This document shows, piece by piece, positions 34,404 through 45,179 of a DNA stretch of 64,000 nucleotides; within the stretch, counting starts at the first letter, position 1, and every line of letters begins with the position of its first letter. Source of the DNA: Pelagomonas calceolata (taxonomy: Eukaryota); NCBI GenBank assembly GCA_918797485.1, contig CAKKNE010000003.1:620001-684000 (forward strand). Direction: 5' to 3'. Below the pieces are notes generated by a model, which saw only the letters and a list, made by a program, of their open reading frames with translations, was not told where the DNA came from and made no database searches. Made by a program: the position numbers and the translations under genes.

Positions 34404-35270
34404 CTATGCGTCCTTCTTCCCCTCGGCCGCCTCTTTCTCCAGGATCTGCTGCAATTTATAGTGCGCCGCGCACTCCTTGTGGTCCTTGCCCTCGACCTTT
34501 TCGGCGACGAGGCGCCATCGCTCTTTTGGAGGGAGACCCAGGAGCGGCCCGAGCGCCTTCCGGAACTGCTTTTCTTGACGCGGCGTCCACTCCTCGAGCT
34601 CCTCGTTGTCGCGCCACGTCGGCGCCGGCTTTGCGAGCGACTCGGCTTTTGCTGCCGCCATCGCCTCGGCGTAGAACTGCGTCTGGCGGATGGCCTCGCG
34701 GATTTCGTCGTCCACTTTTCGCGGTCTATCCACGGCCGCCGCCGACGCCTGCAAGACCAGGAACCCTATCATTAACAACAATACCAGGGAACCAAAGGGC
34801 ACCAAAAACCCCATGATCTTCCTCCGCCGCTCGGCGTAGTACTCCTCGGACTTGATCCGCTTCTGTTCTCTGCGTACAAAGTCGTTAATCACATCAATCG
34901 CCTCCGCATTCGTGCAGCCCTTGCAGTCCAAGCCGTGGTCCTCCAACCGTCGTCGCGTCTTCTTCGTCATCTTCCTCCGCAAATCCTCTTTACGTCCGAT
35001 GCCATCTTTACTCTCCCACTGGTCCCGGACACCTTGGCTCTCTCTCTCACCTCTCGACTGCTTAATAGTTTCTTGAAACGCGGCATTCTCCAAATCTTCC
35101 AGCTGCTCCGGCGTCATGAGCTTCTTGATCTCTTCGTCGATGACCATCGTGAGGTCGAGGTCCATGTCCCTTAAAGGACCGTCGACCGGGTCCTCGTACT
35201 TCATCTCCAGCGTTTCTGGTTCTTTGGCCAGGGCTGCGACGAGCAGCATGATGGCGTGCAGGCGGCGCAT
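34404..35270 (-). CDS. Single-pass membrane protein: signal peptide, CKGC motif, transmembrane helix, C-terminal SANT/Myb-like domain
   Basis: MRRLHAIMLLVAALA; LEDHGLDCKGC; IMGFLVPFGSLVLLLMIGFLVL; WTPRQEKQF...ERWRLVAEKVEGKDHKECAAHY. Confidence 0.75.
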   Translation of the reverse strand: MRRLHAIMLLVAALAKEPETLEMKYEDPVDGPLRDMDLDLTMVIDEEIKKLMTPEQLEDLENAAFQETIKQSRGERESQGVRDQWESKDGIGRKEDLRRKMTKKTRRRLEDHGLDCKGCTNAEAIDVINDFVRREQKRIKSEEYYAERRRKIMGFLVPFGSLVLLLMIGFLVLQASAAAVDRPRKVDDEIREAIRQTQFYAEAMAAAKAESLAKPAPTWRDNEELEEWTPRQEKQFRKALGPLLGLPPKERWRLVAEKVEGKDHKECAAHYKLQQILEKEAAEGKKDA

Positions 35271-35776
35271 GATGAATGCGCGACGCCGTGAGGTCTGGCT
35301 GCCTCAGGCTGTAGGCTGTGCGGCGCAAGCAGTGCTCGTCAGCCGCTGTCGTCGCTCAGTGATGCTGCACCGATCGAACAGACTGTGCCAACGAGCACTA
35401 ACCTCCTACGGCCAGCGGTTCGAGCAATTGCGTCGCGCTCGACGCTCATCGTCGAGGCCCTCGTCGATCGAGTGCGCAAAACCAAGCTCTGCCGGCCGAT
35501 GACACTGCTCCCGTGTAGTACTCTGGCAGCCTTTGGAAGGATCAATGTCTGCGGTGCGGGTCCGAGCTGTCCATCAGCTACGAGTTCGACGCGACCGCAA
35601 AACGCCTCAAACGCCGGCACCAGGCACGCATTGCTGGAACACGCACGATCGCGCGACCTGCCACCTACCATATCACAGACTGCTGCCGAGAAAAGCGCCA
35701 ACCAAGCCCCCAGGGCTCTTATTTGACACCTGGGCTGCTGAGAGCAGTTTCAAAACGCGGACGGCGACGCAAAACC

Positions 35777-36703
35777 ATGCCGGTAGACTACTCCAAGTTC
35801 GACGCCATCGAAGATAGTGATGAAGAGAAAGATACAAAGGACGACAAGAAGATCAAAAAGGCCGCCTCGACACCGATCAAACACGTAAAATGCGCGAACT
35901 GCGGCGACACCGAGGCCGTGCTCAAGGCCTGCCAGCGCTGCAAGAAGGTCGCCTACTGCGGCGCCCGATGTCAAAGGGACGACTGGCGCTTCCACAAGCG
36001 CGTGTGCTGCCCGCCCAAAGACGCGAAAAAGAAGGAACCTCCCACAAAGCCGAAGCCGCCGAAGAAGACCACACCTGCAAAGGTGGAATCGTCGGATGAC
36101 GACGACGACGAGCCCCTGACGTGGTACAAGCACCGCGAGACCAAACTCCCAGACTCGAACGTGCAACACGTCAAGCTGCCGTCGACGCCTTCGGAAGAGT
36201 CTCTGAACAGGAAGGACTCGGCCGGAAGTGCGTGGAACGCGGCGGGCACGTGGGAGGAGCGCGACGCCCTGCCGAAGGTGCGCGAGCGCATTGAAACTGT
36301 GGTCAAGCGCGTGCCAGACCGGGACTTTGGGTCCGGCGTGATCAGTGTGGATCGGGTGAAGAGCGTGACCGGCGACGCGTCGGTCGGCGTCATTCGCGGC
36401 AAGGCGCGCCAGTTCCTCGACGTGAAGATCGAAGTGGCCTTCCGGGTCCGCGTCGGCGGCGACGACCAGGCCTACAAGGGCACGCTGACGCTGAAGGACT
36501 ACTCGGCGGACGCAGCCACCGAACCCGTGGACGTCGAGGTGAAGTTCTCCGACGCGGCGCGCGTCCCGGCGCACGTCTGCGACGCCGTCCGCGGCGCGCT
36601 GGGGCACACGGGCGCCGTCGAGGCGGGCGCGACCGGGACCTTCGCGCGGGACGTCGTCGGCGCGCTCGCGGCGGAGCTCCTGCCGGGGCTCAAGGACCTC
36701 TAG
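35777..36703 (+). CDS. MYND zinc finger + Aha1-N-like domain protein (Hsp90 co-chaperone-like)
   Basis: MPVDYSKFDAIEDSD; CANC...CQRCKKVAYCGARCQRDDWRFHKRVC; SAWNAAGTWEERD...VTGDASVGVIRGK. Confidence 0.8.
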   Translation: MPVDYSKFDAIEDSDEEKDTKDDKKIKKAASTPIKHVKCANCGDTEAVLKACQRCKKVAYCGARCQRDDWRFHKRVCCPPKDAKKKEPPTKPKPPKKTTPAKVESSDDDDDEPLTWYKHRETKLPDSNVQHVKLPSTPSEESLNRKDSAGSAWNAAGTWEERDALPKVRERIETVVKRVPDRDFGSGVISVDRVKSVTGDASVGVIRGKARQFLDVKIEVAFRVRVGGDDQAYKGTLTLKDYSADAATEPVDVEVKFSDAARVPAHVCDAVRGALGHTGAVEAGATGTFARDVVGALAAELLPGLKDL

Positions 36704-36984
36704 TGTAATTTTAATTTAGTACAACGCGCGCGTCGACGAGAGTCAGGCATGGCCCAGTCTTTGCCACTGCCAGACTTTGGCCTACATTGAGGCTACAAGC
36801 TCGTAGCGCCTGCTTGCTTTTGTCTGCCCAGCAGCTGCCCTAAATCACAAGTGCCGCCGCTAACACACAAGCCAAAGCTAAAAACGGGAGGTGCCAATAC
36901 ACAGCGGATTGGCATTTGGGGCAGCCCTGCACTTCAGGCAAAGCCCAGAGCATCTAGATCGTAGCGCTGCGAGAACAGCCCGCG

Positions 36985-39852
36985 ATGGGCTCAGGCGCGT
37001 CGACCGACAAGAAACCGCTCACCGAAGTAAGGCTGAAAAGCGAGGTCGGCGTCCTCTTCGACGACAAGGCGAAGCGAGCCTTCGATGCCGCCGCCACTGA
37101 GGACCCGGACGGCACGCGCACGGTGCCGTGGCCCACGATAGAAGCCCACGCCAAGGAGCACGACGAGCGCGCGCTCGACCCGCGGAAATGCATGTTTCAC
37201 AACCTGAAGGCCTTCAAGGCCGCGCGGGAGCAGATCGACGAGATCGCGCGCGTGCACATCAAGGGCGCGGTGCGCGAGATCCCGTGGGTGGGCAAATCTC
37301 TCGGAGACGAATGTCGGCAGTGCGGCCTCGACGGCGAGCCGGCCGCGTCGCTCGACGCGCTGTACGAGGTCGCCGCGCTGGCGAGGGTGCAGTTCGAGGA
37401 GATTATGACGGCCGCGTGCCCTGAAAGCGGCGTAAAGCTGATGTTTGCGCCGCTGAAGGGCCGCGACCGCGCCGGTGCCAAGGCGCGCGACGAGTACGCC
37501 GATAAGACGGCTCCGTGCTACTCGTGGCTCTTCGACATTACGCGCGGTGCTGCGCTGTGCCAGACGGAGGACGCCCTGGTCAGTTTGTACAAGGCGCTCG
37601 AAGCGGACGACCGTGTGGATATCGTGCGGACGAAGAACAGGTTCGCGCCGCCGCTCTTCAACGGCTACCAGGACATTCTGATGAACGTCGCCGTGAAAGT
37701 CGAGAACGTGAAGCACTTGTGCGAGCTCCAGATCCATCTCATGCCGATCAAAGAGTCGGAGGCGCTGCACCAGAGCCACACGGTCTACGAGTATTTCCGG
37801 TCGTTTTTCTTGGGCAATTCAGACGCCGTCGCGCAGCGGCTCGAGATGTTGTGCGAGTTACCCGTCGACGACGCTTCCGATGTGGATGAGTTGGTGGACC
37901 ATGTGCTCGGGTCCGACGCGGACGCGAATTTGCTCGAGGGGCTCTGCGAGTTGCTCGAGTCGATCCAGGAGTCCGCGGGCGTCGTGAAGGTCCGGCAAGG
38001 CATCTTGGCTGAGAAGGAGCGCGCGTTCGGTGCGAGGAGCAAGGAGGTGGGTGAGGCGCTGTGGGATCTTGGGCTCGCGTACGGGGATCTTGGCGACAAT
38101 GCCAAGAGGCTTGAGGTCTTGGAGCGGGCGCTCCCGATCTACGAGCGCGAGTACGGTAGCGACCACGCGGAGGTGGCCAGCGTGTTGAATAGTCTCGGGA
38201 ACGCGTACGGCTCATTAGGCGACCACGCGAAGGGTCGAGACATGCTGGAGCGCGCGCTCGCGATCAAGGAGCGGGCGTATGGCCGCGACCACCCGGAAGT
38301 GGCCCCCACGCTGAACAACCTCGGGAACGCGTACGGCTCTTTAGGCGACCACGCGAAGAAGCGAGACGTGCTGGAGCGCGCGCTCGCGATCAAGGAGCGG
38401 GCGTACGGTCGCGACCACCCGGAAGTGGCCAAGACGCTGATGAACCTCGCGAACGCGTACGGCAAATTAGGCGACCAGGCGAAGAAGCGAGACGTGCTGG
38501 AGCGCGCGCTCGCGATCAAGGAGCGGTCGTACGGCCGCGAACACACGAGCGTGGCCCTCACGCTGGGGAACCTCGGGAACGCGTACGGCGAATTAGGCGA
38601 CCACGCTAAGGAGCAAGACATGCTGGAGCGCGCGCTCGCGATCAACGAGCGGGCGTACGGCCGCGACCACCCGTCAGTGGCCAGCGTGTTGAATAGTCTC
38701 GGGAACGCGTACGGCTCATTAGGCGACCACGCGAAGGGTCGAGACATGCTGGAGCGCGCGCTCGCGATCAAGGAGCGGGCGTATGGCCGCGACCACGCGG
38801 AAGTGGCCCGCACGCTGACGAACCTCGGGGACGTGTACCGCATGCTTGGAGACGACGCCAAGGAGCGAGACATGCTGGAGCGCGCGCTTGCGATCAAGGA
38901 GCGGGCGTACGGACCCGATCACGTTGAGCTAGCCAACACTCTCTGGAATCTTGCCGATTCGTACGGCGCCCTCGGCGACACAGCCAAGCAGCAGGAAAGT
39001 TTAAAGCGCGGACTCGCGATCAATGAGAGAACGTACGGACCAGATCATTCCGAGACGGTCGATTTCCGGAAGGAGCTCGCTTCCCTGCTGCACGCCGCGG
39101 CGGCGAAAGGCGACGTCGACGCGATGACCCAGGTTCTGGACGGCGGCGCCGCTGTCGACCAAGCTAGAGGGGACGGCGCGACGTCGCTATATCTCGCCTG
39201 CCAGAAGGGCCACACCGACGCGGCGCGGCTGTTGCTGGAGAAAGACGCGGAGGTCGATCGCGCGACGAAAAAGGGCGCAACGCCGCTATTCATCGCCTGC
39301 TTCAAGGGTCACGTCGACGCGGCGCGGCTGGTGCTGGACAAAGGCGCCGAGGTCGACCGGGCGACGGAGAAGGGTGCGACGCCGCTGTACATCGCTTGCC
39401 AGAAGGGCCACGTCGACGCGGTGCAACTGCTGCTGGACAACGGCGCTGAGGTCGACCGGGCGGACGAGGACGGCTGGACGCCGTTGCTCGTCGCCTGCGA
39501 ACACGGCCGCGTCGACGCGGCGCGGCTGTTGCTGGAGAAAGGTGCAGATATCAACAGGGCGATGGAGGGCGGCGATACGCCCCTGTTGATCGCGTGCTAC
39601 AACGGCCACGTAGACGCGGCGCGGCTATTGTTGGACCGCGGCGCCGACGTTCACCACAGGGCCGATTCAGGTCACACTTGCCTGAATACCGCCTGCTGCG
39701 AAGGTCACATCGAGATCGTTCGGCTTTTGTTAGATAACGGGGCTGTCGCTGACCTGGACGTAGCAGACGAAGGCGGCGACACGCCGAAGGCCAACGCGGA
39801 GTCCCAGGGCCACGCGGCCGTCGTCGACCTCCTCGCCCAATACACCGAGTAA
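36985..39852 (+). CDS. RelA/SpoT-like nucleotidyltransferase domain + 8 TPR (42-aa) units + about 7 ankyrin repeats; possible N-myristoylation
   Basis: MGSGAS; APLKGRDRAGAK..EY, LFDITRG, KNRF...NGYQDILMN and CELQIH; LGNAYG.LGD..K.RD.LERALAIKERAYG.DH repeats; GATPLYIACQKGH repeats. Confidence 0.8.
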   Translation: MGSGASTDKKPLTEVRLKSEVGVLFDDKAKRAFDAAATEDPDGTRTVPWPTIEAHAKEHDERALDPRKCMFHNLKAFKAAREQIDEIARVHIKGAVREIPWVGKSLGDECRQCGLDGEPAASLDALYEVAALARVQFEEIMTAACPESGVKLMFAPLKGRDRAGAKARDEYADKTAPCYSWLFDITRGAALCQTEDALVSLYKALEADDRVDIVRTKNRFAPPLFNGYQDILMNVAVKVENVKHLCELQIHLMPIKESEALHQSHTVYEYFRSFFLGNSDAVAQRLEMLCELPVDDASDVDELVDHVLGSDADANLLEGLCELLESIQESAGVVKVRQGILAEKERAFGARSKEVGEALWDLGLAYGDLGDNAKRLEVLERALPIYEREYGSDHAEVASVLNSLGNAYGSLGDHAKGRDMLERALAIKERAYGRDHPEVAPTLNNLGNAYGSLGDHAKKRDVLERALAIKERAYGRDHPEVAKTLMNLANAYGKLGDQAKKRDVLERALAIKERSYGREHTSVALTLGNLGNAYGELGDHAKEQDMLERALAINERAYGRDHPSVASVLNSLGNAYGSLGDHAKGRDMLERALAIKERAYGRDHAEVARTLTNLGDVYRMLGDDAKERDMLERALAIKERAYGPDHVELANTLWNLADSYGALGDTAKQQESLKRGLAINERTYGPDHSETVDFRKELASLLHAAAAKGDVDAMTQVLDGGAAVDQARGDGATSLYLACQKGHTDAARLLLEKDAEVDRATKKGATPLFIACFKGHVDAARLVLDKGAEVDRATEKGATPLYIACQKGHVDAVQLLLDNGAEVDRADEDGWTPLLVACEHGRVDAARLLLEKGADINRAMEGGDTPLLIACYNGHVDAARLLLDRGADVHHRADSGHTCLNTACCEGHIEIVRLLLDNGAVADLDVADEGGDTPKANAESQGHAAVVDLLAQYTE
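38047..39055 (+). repeat. 126-bp tandem TPR-coding array with high DNA identity
   Basis: Units starting at 38173 and 38677 (504 bp apart) are essentially identical. Confidence 0.9.
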
Positions 39853-39869
39853 TTCACAAGCGAAAGTAG

Positions 39870-42215
39870 TTATGCGGGCGACAGCGGGGGCACCTTGTCC
39901 ACCTTCTCCCCCTCGGGCGCCTCCTCGGCGGCGTCCTCCGGCGCAACAGCGGTCTCCGCGCGCGCCGTGATGAACTCCTCGTACTGTTTGTTCGTCTCGA
40001 AGGGCCGCTTGCCGAGGCACTCGACGATGTCGTCGTGGTTGATCGTCTCCTTCTCGACGAGTAGTTCAGCCAGAGCTTGCAGTTGCGCCTGCTTCTCGCC
40101 CAGCAATGACAGCACCCGAGCGTAGGCATCATCCACGATCTTCTTCGCCTCCTCGTCCATGGCCTGCGCCGTCGCTTCCGAGTATGGTCGCTGCTCGAAG
40201 GGCTCGTCGGACTTCGGAAAGGCCAATTGCCCGATGCGCTCGTTGTCGCTCATACCGTAATCCCGAATCATCCCGTAGGCCATCTGCGTCACGCGTCGCA
40301 GATCATCCGACGCACCGTTTGTGACGGAACCGAAGGTCAATTGCTCGGCGGCCCGTCCCCCGAGAGCCATGCAGATCACGTCGACGATCTGCGCTCGGTT
40401 TCGTAACGCAACTTCCTTGGGCAGGTACTGGGCGAATCCCAGAGCACCACTCCCTCTCGGTACTATGGTGACTTTAAGAAGAGGATCGGCGTGCTCCAGG
40501 AACCACCCACTCACCGCGTGACCGGCCTCGTGGAACGCGACAATTCTCTTCTCCTCCGGCGTCATGATCTTATTCGACTCGAGACCCGCCAACACCCGAT
40601 CGGCGGCCACCTCGAAGTCCTTGTAGGAGATGGCGTCGGCCGCTCGTCGGGCCGCGACGATCGCGGCTTCGTTACATACGTTCTGGATCTCGGCGCCCGC
40701 GAACCCGGGCGTCAGGCCGGCCAGTCTCCCGGCGAACTCCTCGCCCGGTCCATCTAAATTTAAACCCTTCAGATGTACTAAGAATATTTCTTTTCGGCCC
40801 TTGATGTCCGGGACTCCCACGGTTATCTGTCGATCAAATCTGCCTGGTCTTGTGAGCGCTTTGTCTAAGACATCGGCTCGGTTCGTACCCGCCAAGACAA
40901 CGACCTTATTGTCGCCTCCACTCTCCGTGAAGCCGTCCATCTCGACCAACAACTGATTTAACGTATTTTCCCGCTCGTCGTTGCCGCCCGCGAACCCACC
41001 GCGCCCCCGCTGCCGTCCCACCGCATCGATCTCATCGATAAAGATCATGCAGGGCTGGTTCTGGCGCGCCTCCTTGAATAAGTCGCGGACGCGCGACGGA
41101 CCCACGCCCACGAACATCTCCACAAATTCCGAGCCGGAAATGGAGTAGAAGGGCACGTTCGCCTCGCCCGCCGTGGCCTTCGCGAGTAATGTTTTACCGG
41201 TCCCAGGAGGACCGCACAACAGAGCGCCCTTCGGGATCTTCGCGCCGAGCTTCGTAAATCTATCTGGTTCCTTCAAAAACTCCACAAATTCCATCACTTC
41301 CTTCTTCGCCTCGTCGCAGCCCGCGACGTCGGCGTAGGTGACGTTCACGTCTTCCTTCTTGATCTTCTTGGCCTTGCTCTGGCCGATGCGGAAGATGTTC
41401 GACATGCCGCCACCTCCACCCGATCCACCGCCGCCGCCTACTGATCTCATCACATACAACCAGGCCCCGATAATGAGCAGAGTAGGTAAGAATTTCGCCC
41501 CTTCCGCGGCCCAGTTCGTCTCCGAGACGTACTGGACCGGAACAAAATCCCGCGGCTCGATGCCCAACTGCCGTTGGGCCGCCTCGAGCTTCCTCTCAAA
41601 AATTTCCACGGACCCGATCGCAAAATGATAGGAAGGCGCCTGCTGCGGACCGCTCGACCCGATGCGCGGGTACCGCGTCTTCGGCTGCTCTTGGGGCGGT
41701 TGCTGCTGGGAATCCCAGGCGTAGGGATCCCTCAATTCATCGGTCTTCTCCTCCCTCTTAGATAACGAAACAGATGCGTTGGGCCGCAGCAAAACTTCTG
41801 CTACCTTGCTGTTCGTCACGATGATCCTGTCCACTTCTCCGGACTCCAACAACACGGTGGCGAACTCCTGCCAGTTGATCTCCGTGCCCTGGTTCTCGCG
41901 GCTCGAGAGCCAGACGACCCCCAGGCCTATTGCTGCTAGCGCGGAGACGATCCTCGGAATCCCGTCTGGAGGCAGGCCGCCACCTGGATCACCACCTCCA
42001 CCTGAACTACTCTTCTTCGTGGACGAGGCCTTGGCGCCCCCGCTTGTCTTTTTGCTACCGGTGCCTTTGGTCGTCGTTTTGCCTTTCGGGTAAAAATGTC
42101 CGAAGCCCTTCGGCGCGTTGTTGCCGCTCCCGAAGAGGAAGAAGCGGCGGCGCTGGATGGCTTGCGTTTGTCTTGCGGGCGCCACGCGGGCCGCCAGGCG
42201 CCGCGCTGCGAGCAT
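39870..42215 (-). CDS. AFG3: Mitochondrial m-AAA (FtsH-family) metalloprotease, AFG3-like
   Basis: Mitochondrial-type presequence; [44 protein letters not shown]. Confidence 0.93.
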   Translation of the reverse strand: MLAARRLAARVAPARQTQAIQRRRFFLFGSGNNAPKGFGHFYPKGKTTTKGTGSKKTSGGAKASSTKKSSSGGGGDPGGGLPPDGIPRIVSALAAIGLGVVWLSSRENQGTEINWQEFATVLLESGEVDRIIVTNSKVAEVLLRPNASVSLSKREEKTDELRDPYAWDSQQQPPQEQPKTRYPRIGSSGPQQAPSYHFAIGSVEIFERKLEAAQRQLGIEPRDFVPVQYVSETNWAAEGAKFLPTLLIIGAWLYVMRSVGGGGGSGGGGGMSNIFRIGQSKAKKIKKEDVNVTYADVAGCDEAKKEVMEFVEFLKEPDRFTKLGAKIPKGALLCGPPGTGKTLLAKATAGEANVPFYSISGSEFVEMFVGVGPSRVRDLFKEARQNQPCMIFIDEIDAVGRQRGRGGFAGGNDERENTLNQLLVEMDGFTESGGDNKVVVLAGTNRADVLDKALTRPGRFDRQITVGVPDIKGRKEIFLVHLKGLNLDGPGEEFAGRLAGLTPGFAGAEIQNVCNEAAIVAARRAADAISYKDFEVAADRVLAGLESNKIMTPEEKRIVAFHEAGHAVSGWFLEHADPLLKVTIVPRGSGALGFAQYLPKEVALRNRAQIVDVICMALGGRAAEQLTFGSVTNGASDDLRRVTQMAYGMIRDYGMSDNERIGQLAFPKSDEPFEQRPYSEATAQAMDEEAKKIVDDAYARVLSLLGEKQAQLQALAELLVEKETINHDDIVECLGKRPFETNKQYEEFITARAETAVAPEDAAEEAPEGEKVDKVPPLSPA

Positions 42216-42494
42216 GGCCGAATGTGCTTCGAGCTGGCAGGGAGGCACTGACAGTGCTGTGAACTCAGCACCGCTACCGGTCGTGGGGCGTGGGCGCGTC
42301 GCCTTTGGTAATTTGATGAAGCAAGCGCACAGTTCTGTGGCCGTCGTACCTTCAAGCGCAGCACGGTACGCACTTTTTGCTGTGCCAAGCTGGAGCATGC
42401 TTTGTTGTCAAACTATCGTGGAATGAGCTGGAAGGATCCGTTTCCCGCTCGTTGATGGCGCGCAAGACTGCTCGACGGCGTGCCGCGCCACCGA

Positions 42495-42514
42495 GCTAGC
42501 GGTAAGACACTAGC
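42495..42514 (+). promoter_or_regulatory. Conserved intergenic motif, copy 6
   Basis: GCTAGCGGTAAGACACTAGC, midway between the divergent AFG3 and delta-COP genes. Confidence 0.65.
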
Positions 42515-42841
42515 AACAAAAAGCCGGCTCCAGCCTCGCAAAACGCGCCTGTTGCAAGGAGCGCCGACGAGCGCAGTTGCCGGGCCTGCTGCGCTTTTTT
42601 TGCGCGCGCCCAGCAGTGCTAAATCCGCCGCGCGCGCGTGAAACGCCGCCGCACGCGGCGCTTGGACCCCGGGGGTCCCCGGCCGCGCGGCAGCGCAGGA
42701 GGGCCGTGGCGCAGCGTCTGCTTCGACGGCGCACGCACCGAAATAATCTGAGTGGTAAGCCAGGGGATTTCGGGCGTGCGACAGGAAGCCGACCGCGCCG
42801 CCTACCTTATTTGTTTTTTTCGAGTCGTTTGTAATTAAATC

Positions 42842-44592
42842 ATGGTGATCCTCTCGGCCGCCGTGACGACGAAGAACGGCCGCGCCCTGCTGTCGCGGCA
42901 ATTCGTCGACATGAACCGGTTGCGGGTGGAGGGCTTGCTGGCCGCGTTTCCCAAGCTCCAAGGGACAGGCGCCGCGCGGCGCCCAAATCAAGACCACGGT
43001 GCCTTCATTTGCTGCTGACCGCCACGCCATCGACGCGCCTGCGCGATGGCGACGCCATCGACGCGCCTGCGCGATGGCGTACCGGCGGCGGCGCGTCCGT
43101 TGATTGAGCCACGAGCACCCAACTCACCGGTCGAAACACAGGCAACAAGCAGCACACCTTCGTAGAGACGGATAGCGTACGATACGTCTACCAGCCCGTC
43201 GAAAGTATATTCTTGTTGCTCATCACGAACAAGGCGTCGAACATCGTCGAGGACTTGGAGACGCTACGATTGTTAAGCAAGGTCGTCCCCGAGATCGCCG
43301 GAGGGACCAGTGAAGACAAGGTGAGCGACCACGCCTTCGAGCTAGTTTTTGCGTTTGACGAGGTCATCACGACGGGCGGCTACCGCGAAACTATTGATAT
43401 GAGGACCATCCGGCAAAACCTCGACATGGACTCGCACGAGGAAAAACTCGCCAATATGGTCAAGAAGTCGAAACTCGACGCGGCGAAGGACCAGGCCAAG
43501 CACATGTCCCAGGTCATCAAGCAGAGACAAAGGGATGCGATGAAGACCGGGATGGGCGGCGGCGGTCCCATGGCCGGGATGGGCGGTGGAGATATGGATG
43601 AAGACGACGAGTATAACGGTGGCAGTCCCTTCGGCGGCCAGCAGAACGGCGATAGCGATTTCATGGATGCCTACGCGAATCCGGCGCCACCTCCCGAACC
43701 GGAACCGATTATTCAAGTCCAGGGCATGAAGCTGGGCAAGAAGAAGAAGGGGAAAGTGGATCTCATGTCGAAGATGGCCGCGGAGGACGGGTTAGATGTG
43801 CGCGCTTCCATGCCTCAGGAAGAGATTGCGGACGCGCCGCCGCCGCCGCCTGCCGCTGCGACGTCCCAACCCATCGCTTTGAGTGTTGAAGAGAAATTAA
43901 CTATCTCCCTGTCGCAGGAGGGCGCCTTGGAGGCCTTTGATTTGAAGGGTACTCTATCTCTCACGGCGAACGATGACGTCGCCGCAGCTTGCAGATTAAC
44001 GGTCGCTCATAAGACGGCAGCTGCGGGCACGACGTTCGCGACTCACCCGAAAGTGGACAAGAAGGCCTGGGAGAGCGACGGCATCGTGCAGATGAAGGGC
44101 AACGCGAAGGGCTTCCCCGTCGGTCGGGCCGTGGGTGTGGTGCGATGGGCTTTATCTACCACAGATGAACAACAGGTACCTCTAACGATCAACTGCTGGC
44201 CGGAAGACGAGGGCGACGGCCAGATGAACGTGAACATCGAGTACACGGCTGCTCGTAGTGGTATGGAGTTGTATGATGTCTCGATTAAGATTCCCGGGTG
44301 TGCTTCGAACCCGGAGATCGTCTCGGTAGATGGCACGCACCAGCACGATGCTCGATCGGAGATCTTGGACTGGCAGCTCGACTGTATTGATTCCGGGAAC
44401 CCTACTGGTACGCTCGAATTCAACATCGCGCAGAAGGACGAGGGCGCGTTCTTCCCCATCGAGGTCTCCTTCCGGTCCAAGTCCCTCTACTACGACGTGC
44501 CTATCAGCAGCGTCGAGAGCACGGAGGGCCACGGGTCCATCGGCTACTCGCTCGACAAGAAGGTGACGGTGGATTCCTTTAGAATCGCTTAG
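42842..44592 (+). CDS. ARCN1: Coatomer subunit delta; one GC-AG intron (42969-43141)
   Basis: [37 protein letters not shown], then [17 protein letters not shown]...[13 protein letters not shown]; mu-homology C-terminus ([15 protein letters not shown]). Confidence 0.95.
42969..43141 (+). other. GC-AG intron containing a 28-bp tandem-duplicated hairpin (43024-43079)
   Basis: ACGCCATCGACGCGCCTGCGCGATGGCG x2; its 3' end ACTCACCGGTCGAAACACAG resembles that of the 358-458 introner. Confidence 0.85.
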
Positions 44593-45179
44593 GAGGTCGC
44601 GCGCCTTCCCGCGCGTCGGCTAAGTGGGGCAACCAATTAGTCTGGGGAGCGTAGCCCTCCAAGGTGTCTCTAGCAAACGGTGTCGAACGACTCGTCGGCG
44701 GCGTCGCGGCGGCGGCGTCGCGGCGAAGCACATAGAAAGGACCTCTCACAAGTACCAGCCACGGAATTTGCTCCTGCGGTTGCGTAGGTCTCGGGATAGG
44801 ATAGGCGGCCGCGCCGCCGCGCGCGGGGGTCTGTCCAGCGGCGGGGTCCTTGGCCGCTGATAGCCGTCTCTGGCCGGCCCCGGCGACTCCGTGGACATCT
44901 CCGGGCGTCCGGAGACGTGCGCCGCGCGCAAAAGGTACTAGCCAGTACTAGCCTCGTTCGAGTTTGGGAGCTGGGCACCGGTCGCAGTTGGGCCAGCCGC
45001 ACGGCGCAAGAAGCCGTGCCGGCGGCCGTCGGGCGCGACGAGCACTGCTACAGTAGTGCCTCGGCACCCATAACAGCGCGGCAGCGTGCACGCAGTGCAA
45101 CGTCGCCCTAGGCAGCCAGTGGGCAGCCAAAAACCAGCCCGTGGGCAGCCCGTAGGCAGCCCGTGGGCAGCCGGAGACG

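Noticed and set aside
45109..45172. Short GCAGCCCGT(G/A)G 11-bp repeats before the FHA gene
   Set aside because: Few degenerate copies and no evidence of function; likely slippage
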